From NCBI GenBank assembly GCA_023515725.1, contig JALDTO010000025.1, forward strand, positions 1 through 64,000: 64,000 nucleotides of DNA, written 5' to 3'. Under the pieces are notes generated by a model. It saw nothing but the letters and a program-made list of their open reading frames with translations, was not told the origin of the DNA and did not search any database. Source of the stretch: Amoeboaphelidium protococcarum X5 (taxonomy: Eukaryota; Fungi; Aphelidiomycota). Below, piece after piece: positions 40,178-51,190 of the stretch. A program made the translations under genes and the position numbers. Positions within the stretch are counted from its first letter, which is position 1. The number at the start of each line of letters is the position of its first letter.

Positions 40178-42388
40178 ATGACGACTATTGAGGAGCTGAA
40201 TAGAGAGTTGCTACTGCTGCCTTAGTATAGACGATTCATTGCGGAGGAGCCGTATATTAAACCAAAGAGGAAGGAAGTTTTGAAGAAGTTTATTCATAAG
40301 GTTAAATATGGCACTGATGGTAGTATTATAGAAGGTGCTGATGAGTAAGATGATGCTGAGGCTGAAAGGACTTCCAAGAACCACGTTAATGCAGCAGAAT
40401 CTCATGAAAGTATTCTAATGAAGAGTGACGATAAATAGTAGAATACAACATCTGAGTAAAAGAAGATTAAATTATAGTCATCGTCACAGTTATAATAAGA
40501 GAGTAGAGATTAATAGAAATAGGAGGATGATCATGGCGATGAAGAATTAGAGGAGGAGGATATTGATAATAATGCTGACGGCAAATAGTCAGAAGATATA
40601 AAGAAGGAGACTGTGGAATCTATAATGAAAAAGATTGAAGAGTTACAGGAGAAGAAGCATTAGTATTTTGACATGTTTAGAAAGATGTTGAAAACTACGT
40701 CTTCTGATAATGTGGCTGCGTAAGCTTCTACTACGGCATCCGATTCTGTGATAAGATCTGATCGAGAACGGTCATAGACGCCGTCAGTAGCGCATATTCC
40801 ACATTCTGGTACTCTGCCTCAATCATAGAAGCCTCTCGCTGGTGACACTACAAGTGCTGGTGGAGATAAAGTCCAAGGTTGGGCTGGAGATTCTGTTCCA
40901 TCTACTCCTAAAGTTGAAAATGCTCTGGATGGCCAAGATTCCGAGTTTGGAGATTAAAAGTAGTAGTAGTAGTAGTAATATCAGTAGTATCCTTACTAAT
41001 AGTATTAACAAAAATAGTACTTGAATCGTCCTGTTCTTGGATACCGAAAGCCCAATTAGTGGCATTAATAGTAGCAGTCTCAGTATTATGGTGGTTACTA
41101 TCGGCCATAGTCCTAATAGCAATAGTAGTAGTAATAATAACAATAGAGACCTCTGTATGGAAAGCCTGGTTATCTGTAACGTCCTGCATATGCTGTTAGA
41201 CCTCCTTCTGATTAAGCCTCTGCTGGCGGTATTCCCAATATTTAGAATTAACAATATTCAGCGTAATAGCGTCAATAGCAATAGTATTCACAAGGTTACA
41301 AATCGCGTAGTGTTTCCAGAGATTAGAGATCTGCTTCTATAGCTCCCAGCGTTTTTGGACAGGAGACTACTGATTAATAGTAGCAGACTCAATAGAGTCA
41401 ATCTCAATAGCCTTAGTCTTAGTAACTCTAGCAATAATAGTAGTAGTAGTAGGAGCCGCGCCCACCTGGTTATGGTAGATACGGCTAATATCTGCGTCCA
41501 AATTTCGCTAGACGTCCACCTGCTGCTATGGGTAGTTAATATCGTCCTGGTGCTTAACAGTAGTAATAGCCTTGGTAGTAACGCGATAAGCAGTAGAATT
41601 ATTACTCTTAGTAATAATAGCAGGGAGTTCGCACGAATGATAAATCTACTTCTGCTTCTGCTGCTTAGAATGATAACATCCGCATGGACACTGATAGTAA
41701 TTAGGCTGCAGCAGCTGATTAATCTTTTAGTGGATAGCAAAAGGTGTAGCAGTAATAGTAGTAGAACCCGGGAACTACTGCCGCAAGTGGTCAGAGGCCT
41801 TATCCTTAGGCACACAATAGAGCACCCTCATATCCTACCTCTTATTAGAATTACCCGTAATCTAGACCTCCGTACCAAAGACCATCTATGCAACAACGAC
41901 CTTATTCTTAGTAGTAGTAATCCTAGTAATAATCATAGTAAAATCCTTCGTATGGCTATCGCCAATAATACTAATAACATCCCGCTGCTTCTGCGTATAA
42001 TAAACAATAATAGCAATCATAATATAATAATTCACGTGCTGTACAGAGAAGCAAGACTACTGATGGTTATTAATCGACATCTACCACTAATTCCGGTGCT
42101 GCTGGTTATCAGTAGAGCCAGTATCGTCCTCCACGCCCATCAATGAATTATTAGCGTCCTTAAATGTAAGGTTATCACGGGCAGAGTAGAACGGGACCTG
42201 TGTAATAATAGTCGCAGTAGTAGCAGTAACAGTAACAGTAACAGCCACCGTAGTCGTAGTAACAATAGACTGCTAAACCGTTCATGTCCTCCAAGCAAAG
42301 ATGGAGTTATGATAGTAGAGCATATGGTGCCGGTGGTGCAGGTACAGGTGGCATTGATTCTTAGAATAAGAGCGAGGATAAAAGTTGA
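40178..42388 (+). CDS. Gln/Tyr/Pro-rich prion-like protein with N-terminal coiled coil (GPS2-like motif), 736 aa
   Basis: ATG-to-TGA frame containing very many TAA/TAG Gln codons. Coiled coil ETVESIMKKIEELQEKKHQYFDMFRKMLK, followed by about 480 aa of Q/Y/P/R/G-rich sequence. Confidence 0.75.
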
Positions 42389-42520
42389 ATGTGTTATAAT
42401 AATAAAAAATTTGTGATAATAGTGTGAAGTGATATTAAGAATTTTTCACTCAATTGTCCATTTACAGTAAAAATCATTCGTATTATTCAGTCAATAATAG
42501 TCACATTGAGAGGTAACGAA

Positions 42521-43124
42521 TCAAAAATCTTCCATCTGCTTCAAAGTATGGTCAAGCTCAGCCTTGGTAGCCTCGTATTGCTTCTTCACCTCTTCATACT
42601 TTTGACGCAGCAGGTGAGTCTCACTCTCCAGCTGGGCAGCTCTGCGCTCATTAGTCTCTGCAGTTACTTCAAACTCACGAATCTGATCGTTCAACTGCTT
42701 CAGTCTATTCTCCTAGTTGTCAATAGACTGCTCCAGATCCTCAATCTTCTTATTCAGAGTATCAGGATCACTTGCCAACAGAGCCTGTTACTGAGTCTGA
42801 GAAGGACGTTTGTTGCTGTTGTTGTTATTACCACCACTAAACTTGTGCAACTACTGAATTCTGCTCTCAGCTCTAGCCAAATCACCCTCCAACAGTACAA
42901 CCTTATTCTTGACTGAAGTCAACTCATGTTCTACAATATTATTAATCGTCGTAAAGTATCAATAACTGAGAGTTATTTATCATGATAATGAATATGCATT
43001 GAATACCTTTGTTGGCAATCTGCTGCTCGGACCTTTTCAAATCCTGCTCAGCACCATCAGCTCTGACATTAGCCTCATCAGCCTCCGTACGCAGAGTGTT
43101 CAATCTCTCTTTCAGCTTTTCCAT
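42521..43124 (-). CDS. TPM1: Fungal-type tropomyosin, 175 aa (one intron, 42931-43006)
   Basis: MEKLKERLNTLRTEADEA..KEHELTSVKNKVVLLEGDL..NKKIEDLE..NERRAAQLE..TKAELDHTLKQMEDF; 76-nt GT..TGTAG intron. Confidence 0.9.
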
Positions 43125-43565
43125 AACAATTACTATTATGATTAATAATTACACAGATAACAACAAGTTATGTTCAATGGATTAGGAAGAAGACGATAAG
43201 CGGGCCGTTTCAAGTTCAAATTCAAGGCTGAGTGAGAACGGACGAAAAGATGAAACGGAGAAGAAGTTGAAACTGTCTCTCTGCTTTAAGAATAATCAAA
43301 TCTGCTTTAGATGGAATTACTACCGCTTTGCTGCACAGATGAGAATGAATAGAGAAAAGAAACGCCCATGTGGGTGCCAGTGAGTAATTAAAACGAATGG
43401 AACTCTCATTATTTACAGTGAATGAGAGAGATGGGAGTTGCGTGTTTCAAATAAACTGAACCGAAAGTAAAGACGACTTATAATCACATTACTAGCATTA
43501 CTTTATAAGATTTACAATTTCCTTTCAATTATATACAAACTCGCGCGTTAAATAATACATAGATT

Positions 43566-44963
43566 TCAGCAAGGTTGACTAGATAGAAGATGGAGAGCAC
43601 TGATTGCATCCAGTTCATTCTCGTTCATAGACTTTACTATGCTTTGAGATACGCGCTCATCTAGCAGAGACGCGGATTACATAGCGAAAGAAGGTAGAAC
43701 TTCAGTACTGTTATTTTTAAGCTATCTGTATGACTATCCTTGTACACGGCGACTACCAATTAAATTCAGCGAAGTTTTCGCGCGAACACGCCCATTGCTG
43801 TCAGTCACAGCACGCTTCATCGACTAACTTGTTGATCTCGAGCTTCCCGTAGAAGTATATCTTACATTTAGTAGTGCCATCATATTTGGTCTACCCTCAT
43901 GATGCCAAGAGCTGGATCTCTTTCTCTTGTGTCCTTCACTGTCACAACTGCTTGAAACAGTGCATCTGCGGCTGTGTACAGACACTGAAGGAGTGGAGGC
44001 AGATGCTTGAGTATCAGAACCGTCACGCAAAGATTTTACAAAGTCCATAGTAGTTGGCATAGATAACGGAGGAAGTTCTTGTTTTATGGCGATAATACCA
44101 TTGCCATCATTTAAAGCACTTTTACGCGCCATAGCATTATTCAATAGTCCTTTAAATGATCCATGGCTTCCCAAGTATGAGCGAAATACAAACTCTTTCA
44201 GGCGTGGCAACTGATTAACAAGATTATACTCACCCTCGCGATAAATAACATCATACAGACGTAGCACGGGAATGCAAACGGTTACATCTCCATCATAAAC
44301 AAACTCTGATCCATTTTCAGACGAATCAACTGGCTTCACAGGTTAAATTTTGGCAAATTGCATTTGACTCAACTCGTACAGTTACAGAACAAGGCCAGAT
44401 TTCAAGGATTTCAAAAGCGACTTATCGCTGTATTTACCGCCACTTCCAAAAGCAGTAGGTACCGAAGACGCCGTAGTTGTTCTGGACCGCGACCCATTCA
44501 AATAGCTCTTGTAAGGTGCTGCATGCACAGTCAAAGATCTAATGCGAATATTACTATGCTTACCATCATCAGATCCAGTGTCCATCTCATCATCAAGTTG
44601 ATTCAACGAGGTGACTGATCGCTTGCGACTGAAACCAAAATTATTCGCCATGCTACCGCCATATTGGACAATGTCCCCAACTTGGACAACAGCCTCATTC
44701 GCCAAAACTATAGATTAAGGATATTTCGTAAGTTATTCCCCAGCGCAAAGTGATTATAATTACTAGGAGAGTACCATTTTGTGAGAGCGATTCTGTTGAC
44801 TGACGCCACTCGCACCGTCGGCCATTTCCACGGGTAGCCATGACATTGACTTGCTGATTGACGGCAGTTGAACAGAGGAAACAGGCTTCAGGGACCAAGG
44901 ATGCGGAGACGCTCTTGAGGATTCCGTAGGAGTTGGAAGACTGTGAATGGGCGCAAAATTCAT
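43566..44963 (-). CDS. Hypothetical Ser-rich, probably nuclear regulatory protein, 465 aa
   Basis: Three ORF-track fragments join in one frame. Contains short motifs QLPSIS, HKRKR and C-terminal ELDAISALHLLS, plus a central globular-looking segment. Confidence 0.7.
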
Positions 44964-45585
44964 AGCGACAAAATAAAATAAATTTAAGTAAATCTTAAGC
45001 CTGGAGAAGTGTAAAGCGGGAAAGTGTAAACGATATCGGCAACGGTTAATGTTTAAGGGAACTGTAATCACCCGTTCTTCGGTCATGAGTGAATCAGATA
45101 TCAACACCGACGTTTTTTTCCTGATGGGAATTGATCAGAGCCGAGCCCCGTTCGTGCCACATCATCGGTGAAACGAGTTGTGACTATTGACGTATTTCAT
45201 AAAAGATGAGGCAATATTGTAGTCGAACATTTTGTGGGTAATATTGAATTGTATACAGTAGCTGAATGTAAAGCCAAAACATAGAAGCGATAAGTAATAC
45301 TTTCCCTTATTTACTCGGAGTGACTCAATCATAGTTTGATCTGAGATAGTAGTAGATCTTTTGGCAACTTGGTTGCAGTTTTCAGCTTGTCAACCATATA
45401 GTATATGTCTGCAAATGTATCATTGTTCAATACTTGATGTTTTGTTGAAGCGCTCTCTTTTCATGTGTTACCGCGTTTGCTAGTCTTTTTCGTTTCCTTC
45501 TGCTCACCGTTCTGTCATGTGTTGCTCGCACATTCTGCGTTCATTCTTTCCTCGTTCATTCATCAGTATTATACTGGAGTACAAA

Positions 45586-45915
45586 ATGAGTTCAATTCTA
45601 GGTAGATTGACCAGACTCAGGGCTTAGTATTTTCCTAAGCTTCCAAAGCCTGATGTAAAAAATCCTGCTAGTAGATAGCATTAAGAATATCTGGCCTACT
45701 TTCCTAAACATGCCAAGGAGAACGGCTGGGCACCTACAGAGTCTAATCCGTATTATCCCTTTCATCTGCCTGCATCGTGGTAGGGGACTTATGCCACTGT
45801 TCTTGGTGGAGTATTTTGGTTCTGGATTATGTATCGCTGGAAGCAAGATTCTGCATTTGAAATATTTAACATTATCCCTTTTGAAGATGAGGAGAAGTCA
45901 TCTGGTGAACATTGA
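45586..45915 (+). CDS. NDUFB2: Complex I accessory subunit NDUFB2 (AGGG)-like, 109 aa
   Basis: ATVLGGVFWFWIMYRWKQD..IPFE matches the NDUFB2 WFWI..R..D motif; basic presequence-like N-terminus. Missed by the ORF track. Confidence 0.8.
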
Positions 45916-46281
45916 CAATATGCTAAAATATAATCCTGATTATACCTGCACAATTAGAATACATATGCTTAGATTCGCGTTCTCTTTGCGAATCTACGTC
46001 AACCTGGATGTCTCGTGCATTCTATAGATTTTTCTGGCCTTTTGGACGTGTATGTGTAATATCGTTCCACGTAGGAGTAGTACACAAATTTCGCTCTCAC
46101 TGTTTGATTCAATCATTCAACTACTGCAAAACTTGGTAAAGTTGCTAATAACGCCGATATTTCTCGTTTCACGACAACAAGTCTCATCTTCATCTTTCCT
46201 CAATCTATCGACGTCGTTTCAGTTGGACTGTTCTTCTTCTCTACATTAAGTACAACGTCATCCTAACTTGCACGATTTGAA

Positions 46282-48295
46282 ATGAAGTAATAAGTTGCTT
46301 GTGCACAGGTATGTTATTATTTCATCTTAACGTCTTGACACCCATCAATTTGTAGTAATAACGCGTGAGAACAGAGTAACAACAAGTTACAAAGCAAGAG
46401 TCTCTTACTATTTGCAAAGATTTGATTCACGACACCTTCAGTTGTGTTTCGTATTTACGGTATGATTAAACATTAGAACCAGTCGTTATCATCACTATTG
46501 GTGTGTAGTGGCCTATTTCCTGAAGAAGCATTTGCACGGCATAGTATTCAAGATATTGATGCCAGAAGATTGCGTCGTGGAGTTTCTCAGGCAGGTAAGA
46601 TTGATCAACTTGTTCATCGTTTGTCTTCAATCTGAAACGGTTTTGTAGTCGACGCGTTGCTTGATTGGATTGAAATTGGGTGCTTTGACGCGCTTGAGAA
46701 TGGCTATGTAAGTTCTATATTTCTCAATATCATTTTGATTATTTGTTTATTACTCTTGTCTTATATTGTAGTTGAAGTCCATTGTACTTGGGATATATCT
46801 GGACTTGGATAAGCCTGAGGAATTGGTTGAGTGCTATACTTTCGATGTTTCGTATAACCAAGATGGTAATGCAATGCTGAAACTCTCCACGGTAACTGGA
46901 GGTTAAGTGAATGCTGCTGACAGATCTCGTATCAATGAATTTTCCAACGATCCTGGTAAAACTACGAAGAATGAAATTGCAAAGAACTTGAAGCAAACTA
47001 TGCGCAGTATCCTGATGTTGACTTAGACATTGGACCCATTGCCGGATGGTCGTTATCTGACTATGAAACTTCTTTACTGGGATGATATCACGCCCGTGGA
47101 CTATCAGCCGCCATTCTTCAGAGAAGCCACTGGGCATGAATCGGTAGCCAAAGTTGCCGATTATGGTGGTGGAGTTTAAAAGTGGAGGCTGGGAGGAGTT
47201 GAGACTGCTCATCACAAGATCAACATCAAGATGACCACAGCTATCACTGCAGCTGATGATCAAGAATCTGAATAGGCTCAAGAGGTTGAAAGTGGCAACT
47301 AAGAGACTGATATGGTCATCGATAATCCGTAAGATCAGTCAGAAGATGGCGTTGACTAAAGTGACAAGGCCGAAGTTGTCCATGAAGAGTCTGTAACCGT
47401 TCAAGATGCTCCTTCCATTTCAACATTGGACGAAGCTAAAGTGGTAAGATGTGGTTGCGGGGATGACACGGCTGAAGAAATCATGGTTAAATGCTTGCAA
47501 TGTGGTAGCTATTAACATTATCTTTGTGCTGGATTCGCGTACGAAAGTGACGTTGCTGGCCTGAATGATTATCGTTGTCTCCAATGCATTTTAGAACAAT
47601 ATAACTCCCCCATTCCTGTTCAACCTTCTGATGCATAGTCAAATGAGTAGGAAGGATAAGTGGATTGGGCAATGGTAACTGATGTGTGCCGTTACCGTCG
47701 CATGTTGGGTGTCTTGTGGCGTGATGGTTATTCCACCTTAATTGCTTTGCAAGGTCAAATGAATCAAAATTACAATGTGGTCAAGCGTATTCGTAACATT
47801 CTGGTCAATGATGGATTCTTGAAGTTGGTGAGAGGTAAAGGCCGCGACCGTTACGAACTTATTAAGAATTCCAACACTATGGAGACTAAAGCCACAGTGT
47901 ATAGCAATAGCGTTCTGATGGACAAGTTGGGAATATCTCTTGATGTCGAAGAAGCTTAACAGTCTGTAAATGATGTTGAAGTTAAGGCCCATAAGAATCG
48001 CGATTCTGGATTCGTCGATGTATTAGTTGAAGCATCTCCACCGCCTCCTATTGCACAGTCTGATTTAAAGTCCGAGACTATAGTGGTGCAAAATGATGAT
48101 GCCGATGATAATCCTGATCTCCTTGGAAGCGCATATAATGAAGACGAGTATGACTTTGGCTACGGCGATCAGGCGGTGGAACCAACTCAGCCTATCACCA
48201 CTATTACGTCTACGAGTAAAAAATCCTCCTCCTCCTCATCCAAAAAGAGACGTCCCAAAAGACCGTCCGTCTCAAAGTCCACTCTGGCTGTATGA
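46282..48295 (+). CDS. HOP1: Meiotic HORMA-domain axis protein Hop1/HORMAD (HORMA + PHD + winged-helix-like region); introns 46309-46355, 46460-46508, 46595-46648, 46708-46771
   Basis: Spliced translation gives CVSYLRGLFPEEAF, LLDWIEIGCFDALENGYLKSIVLGIY, VECYTF, MKLLYWDDITPVDYQPPFF. PHD finger VRCGCG..MVKCLQCGSYQHYLCAGF..YRCLQC. Basic closure-motif-like C-terminus KRRPKRPSVSKSTLAV. Confidence 0.9.
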
Positions 48296-48392
48296 ATTGC
48301 ATTTAATAATAAGCGTGAAAGTCCTTAATGAAAAAAGTGTGTGAAAAATATCGGTAAAATCATAATAATCAATCATTCATGCAATGAGATAT

Positions 48393-49442
48393 TCACTTTC
48401 TGAACATCCAAATGGGACGCTTCTCGAACGCTTTGCCTTGTGGATTAGCTGCTTTAATCACTGAGCCCTACTTAAAGCCAATCTCATTAATGAGTATATC
48501 CCAAAAAGTAGGCAACTACTATTCATCAGCATCCTCTTTCCATGGTCTCAAGTGCAAATCTTGTTCGGTATACCTCGAATGGCTAAAATACTTTTTATAG
48601 GAGGACCAACCTTGTGGCTCGATAATAAACACTCCACCAGGAGATATCATATAATAGATAGTCTTGAAAAATCGTCTTATATCCGCATCACCGCCATACA
48701 AATGTATCCATTTCGTGACAGACATGGCCAGTACCGTGTCATATGGTGCATGTGTAAATAATTGGCTATTCGACTTCTTTACCGCCGGAGCAAGTATATC
48801 CCAAGCTTCAAAGTAAATGTTATTTGGATATTGGGCAGGACTCTACTGCAGATCAGTATCCATTTATACCACTTGATCATCAGCGATTAAATGTACCTAA
48901 TCTTACACGATCGGAATTGGTCCAAATAGAATGGGCATAGACAAAGGGAAGTAATTTAAATGATCACCAGTCGCAGTCACTACTTCACCTTTCTCCATAT
49001 CAGTATATTCGCGTAATACATCAACATAATCAAGGAGATTGCTTTAATCAGAGGTGACTCTAATCCTGGAAGGCTTCATCTGACTAGACTTATTCAATAA
49101 ATCCCACTAAGCGCGTTTAATCAAATCCGGATCTATATCAATGCCCATTATACACGCTGGCGACATGGAACGCGCAATCACATGAGTAAGATAGCCAGTG
49201 TTACACCCAACATCTAGCACTTTCATATTCTCAATACATTCTTTAGGCAGGTAGCGGAGTCGTTCATCACAAGAAGACGCCTCAGATACATCATTAGAAT
49301 GTAGCTTGTGTTACTAATACGGTAGACGAAATCCATAATACTGAGTATAATTTCCGCGTACATTGGGATTCAGCTCTTTCCTCTGCTTCTATGCCTTTGA
49401 TTGCTGAGACGTAGATTATTAATTGACATTGCCAGAGCTCAT
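48393..49442 (-). CDS. MEPCE: Bin3/MEPCE/Bmc1 RNA gamma-phosphate methyltransferase, 349 aa
   Basis: GNYTQYYGFR, VLDVGCNTG, GIDIDPDLI, MSVTKWIHLYGGD, IIEPQGWSSYKK, KRPIWMFRK. Confidence 0.9.
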
Positions 49443-49687
49443 AGCTGAGGCGTCTAGACTAATTTTTTATTTCGGTTTGTACGACATTTATACTCAATGT
49501 ACTGTGTATTGACTACTTTACGTGAAAAGTTGCCACACAGCCGGGCAGAAGAAAGTAAAAACACGACACCAATGATTATTGCTACGTGCAAGAAGCTTCC
49601 AAGTATATTATTAAAATGTTCAAGGCGTAATAAGAAGAACCTTAAATAAATTTGTTTTCTCAATATTATTCACCCTGCTTCATTCAT

Positions 49688-50371
49688 TCAAAACTCGTAA
49701 TCGGAGTAACTGGGAGCAACAACCGTCGCAGCTGTGTTACCAGTACTATTCTCAACTTCTGCAAACTCGGCAGCGCCCAACGTCTTCATTTTCCTAATGT
49801 ACACCGGCTGTAAGTAAACGCCAGCACTATCCTCCATTTAGTATGCGCGCATCTTCACACGAACCTGCACCACATCTCCAGGTGAGATGGCACCAGACTC
49901 CACTTCCTTGCCATCCACGCCCAGAGTGTTGAAACAAGGCTACAGTTTGTAGCCGCGAGGAACCACCACATCCTCAAGTTTTTACACCTTGGCAGCACGA
50001 GACTTCCTGACCACCTTGCTACGGACACGCAATGTCCCCTGTTCAGTGGTCAGGGGACGCAAAGTATCCTCCAGATTCAACAAGCTACCCAGAGACCGCT
50101 CAGCAGAGCGAATCACCCTGTTAAGAGATTCCAGCTCATGCACCGCCACAGTAACTGAATGGTACGCGTTCGTCACCTTCGACACGTACTCATCCTTCTT
50201 ATAATTACCAAGAGGGCCCAGGGACGCCTCAGTAATTACACCACAAAAAAACATTTCGCCAGGCATGAAATGCGCATCCTTGTAGCCAGTCGAACCAGTC
50301 GACTCAAGGCTTTCGATATTGCGGACGTAGCAAGCGTCGGTGTCCCAATCAGGATGGGTCCTTGTAGGCAT
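49688..50371 (-). CDS. Putative OB-fold ssDNA-binding protein of phage T7 gp2.5/viral SSB type, 227 aa
   Basis: Table-6 frame from MPTRTHPDWD to ..GVDGKEVESGAISPGDVVQVRVKMRAYQMEDSAGVYLQPVYIRKMK..APSYSDYEF-TGA. The ORF is clear; the family call is by eye and the 5' end is uncertain. Confidence 0.55.
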
Positions 50372-50572
50372 TCTAGAGTCCAAATCCGTGGCACCAGTTT
50401 GAACAGTATCATCAGTAGCTGTATTCGATCTTACATATCATATTTCCCATACAAATGAACCACCGTTTAAACTCTGTAAGTAAAGAGTATGAAAGACTAA
50501 TTACGAGTATCAGAGAAGAAGTCATAAATTCAATGCCAAGAGCTTTTATGGAGCTCTTTGGCTTTAATTGCC

Positions 50573-50603
50573 GATATTACTTAAATGATGCTTAAGTAAT
50601 ATC
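50573..50603. repeat. Perfect 12-bp inverted repeat with 7-nt spacer (GATATTACTTAA-atgatgc-TTAAGTAATATC), next to a second hairpin at 50535-50562
   Basis: Read directly from the sequence. The stem extends to about 18 bp (50567-50609) with two G-T pairs. Confidence 0.9.
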
Positions 50604-51190
50604 AGTAATCATGAGCCAATCAGGTCCCTGTTCTTACACATTCGCACATTGTGGGGGTTTCCCGACGAAACTATCTGGTTAGATTATTCGCTCGCCATTT
50701 GTTTAAAGAGAAAACAAAAACGACTGAACCGTAAACATTGCCGCTTCTTGAGCATGCGCTGCTTGACAACCAAAGCGAATCTATGGTAATCTGGTTTGTG
50801 TGGGCCACTAATTAATATGAAAGGAAAGTTTTGAACAATATATAACATATTATGTTTTTGAACTCAGCGTCATCTAAAGAATAACAATCTTATTTCAGAA
50901 AATTAAAATAACAAAAACGAATACAAATGATGGGAATCTAAACGGTAATGCCCCTGTGACTATATGAGGTAACTATCCAGTGCGAGGGGCTTAAGGATTT
51001 TCCGAATACGCGCGTGACACGAATCAGAAAATCAAAGTTTCTCGATGAAGCAACGCGTGGGGCTTCTTCTTTTACTAGGTACTGTTTAATCATTTTTTAA
51101 TCCTGTTTCGCAGTGATAACGTGATTAAGTAATTGTCTATTAAGTAGCTCACGTAATAAAATAATATACTATTAATTTTAAAAATATTGG

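Noticed and set aside
40823-42146. Long Leu/Ile/Ser/Asn-rich ORFs in the supplied track (e.g. 41355-42146 +, 41288-41815 -)
   Set aside because: Shadow frames of the TAG/TAA-rich polyQ gene at 40178-42388.
45110-45200. CTGATG...GAAAC segment reminiscent of a hammerhead ribozyme or other ncRNA
   Set aside because: The core is CTGATGG rather than CTGANGA, and I could not build the three stems.
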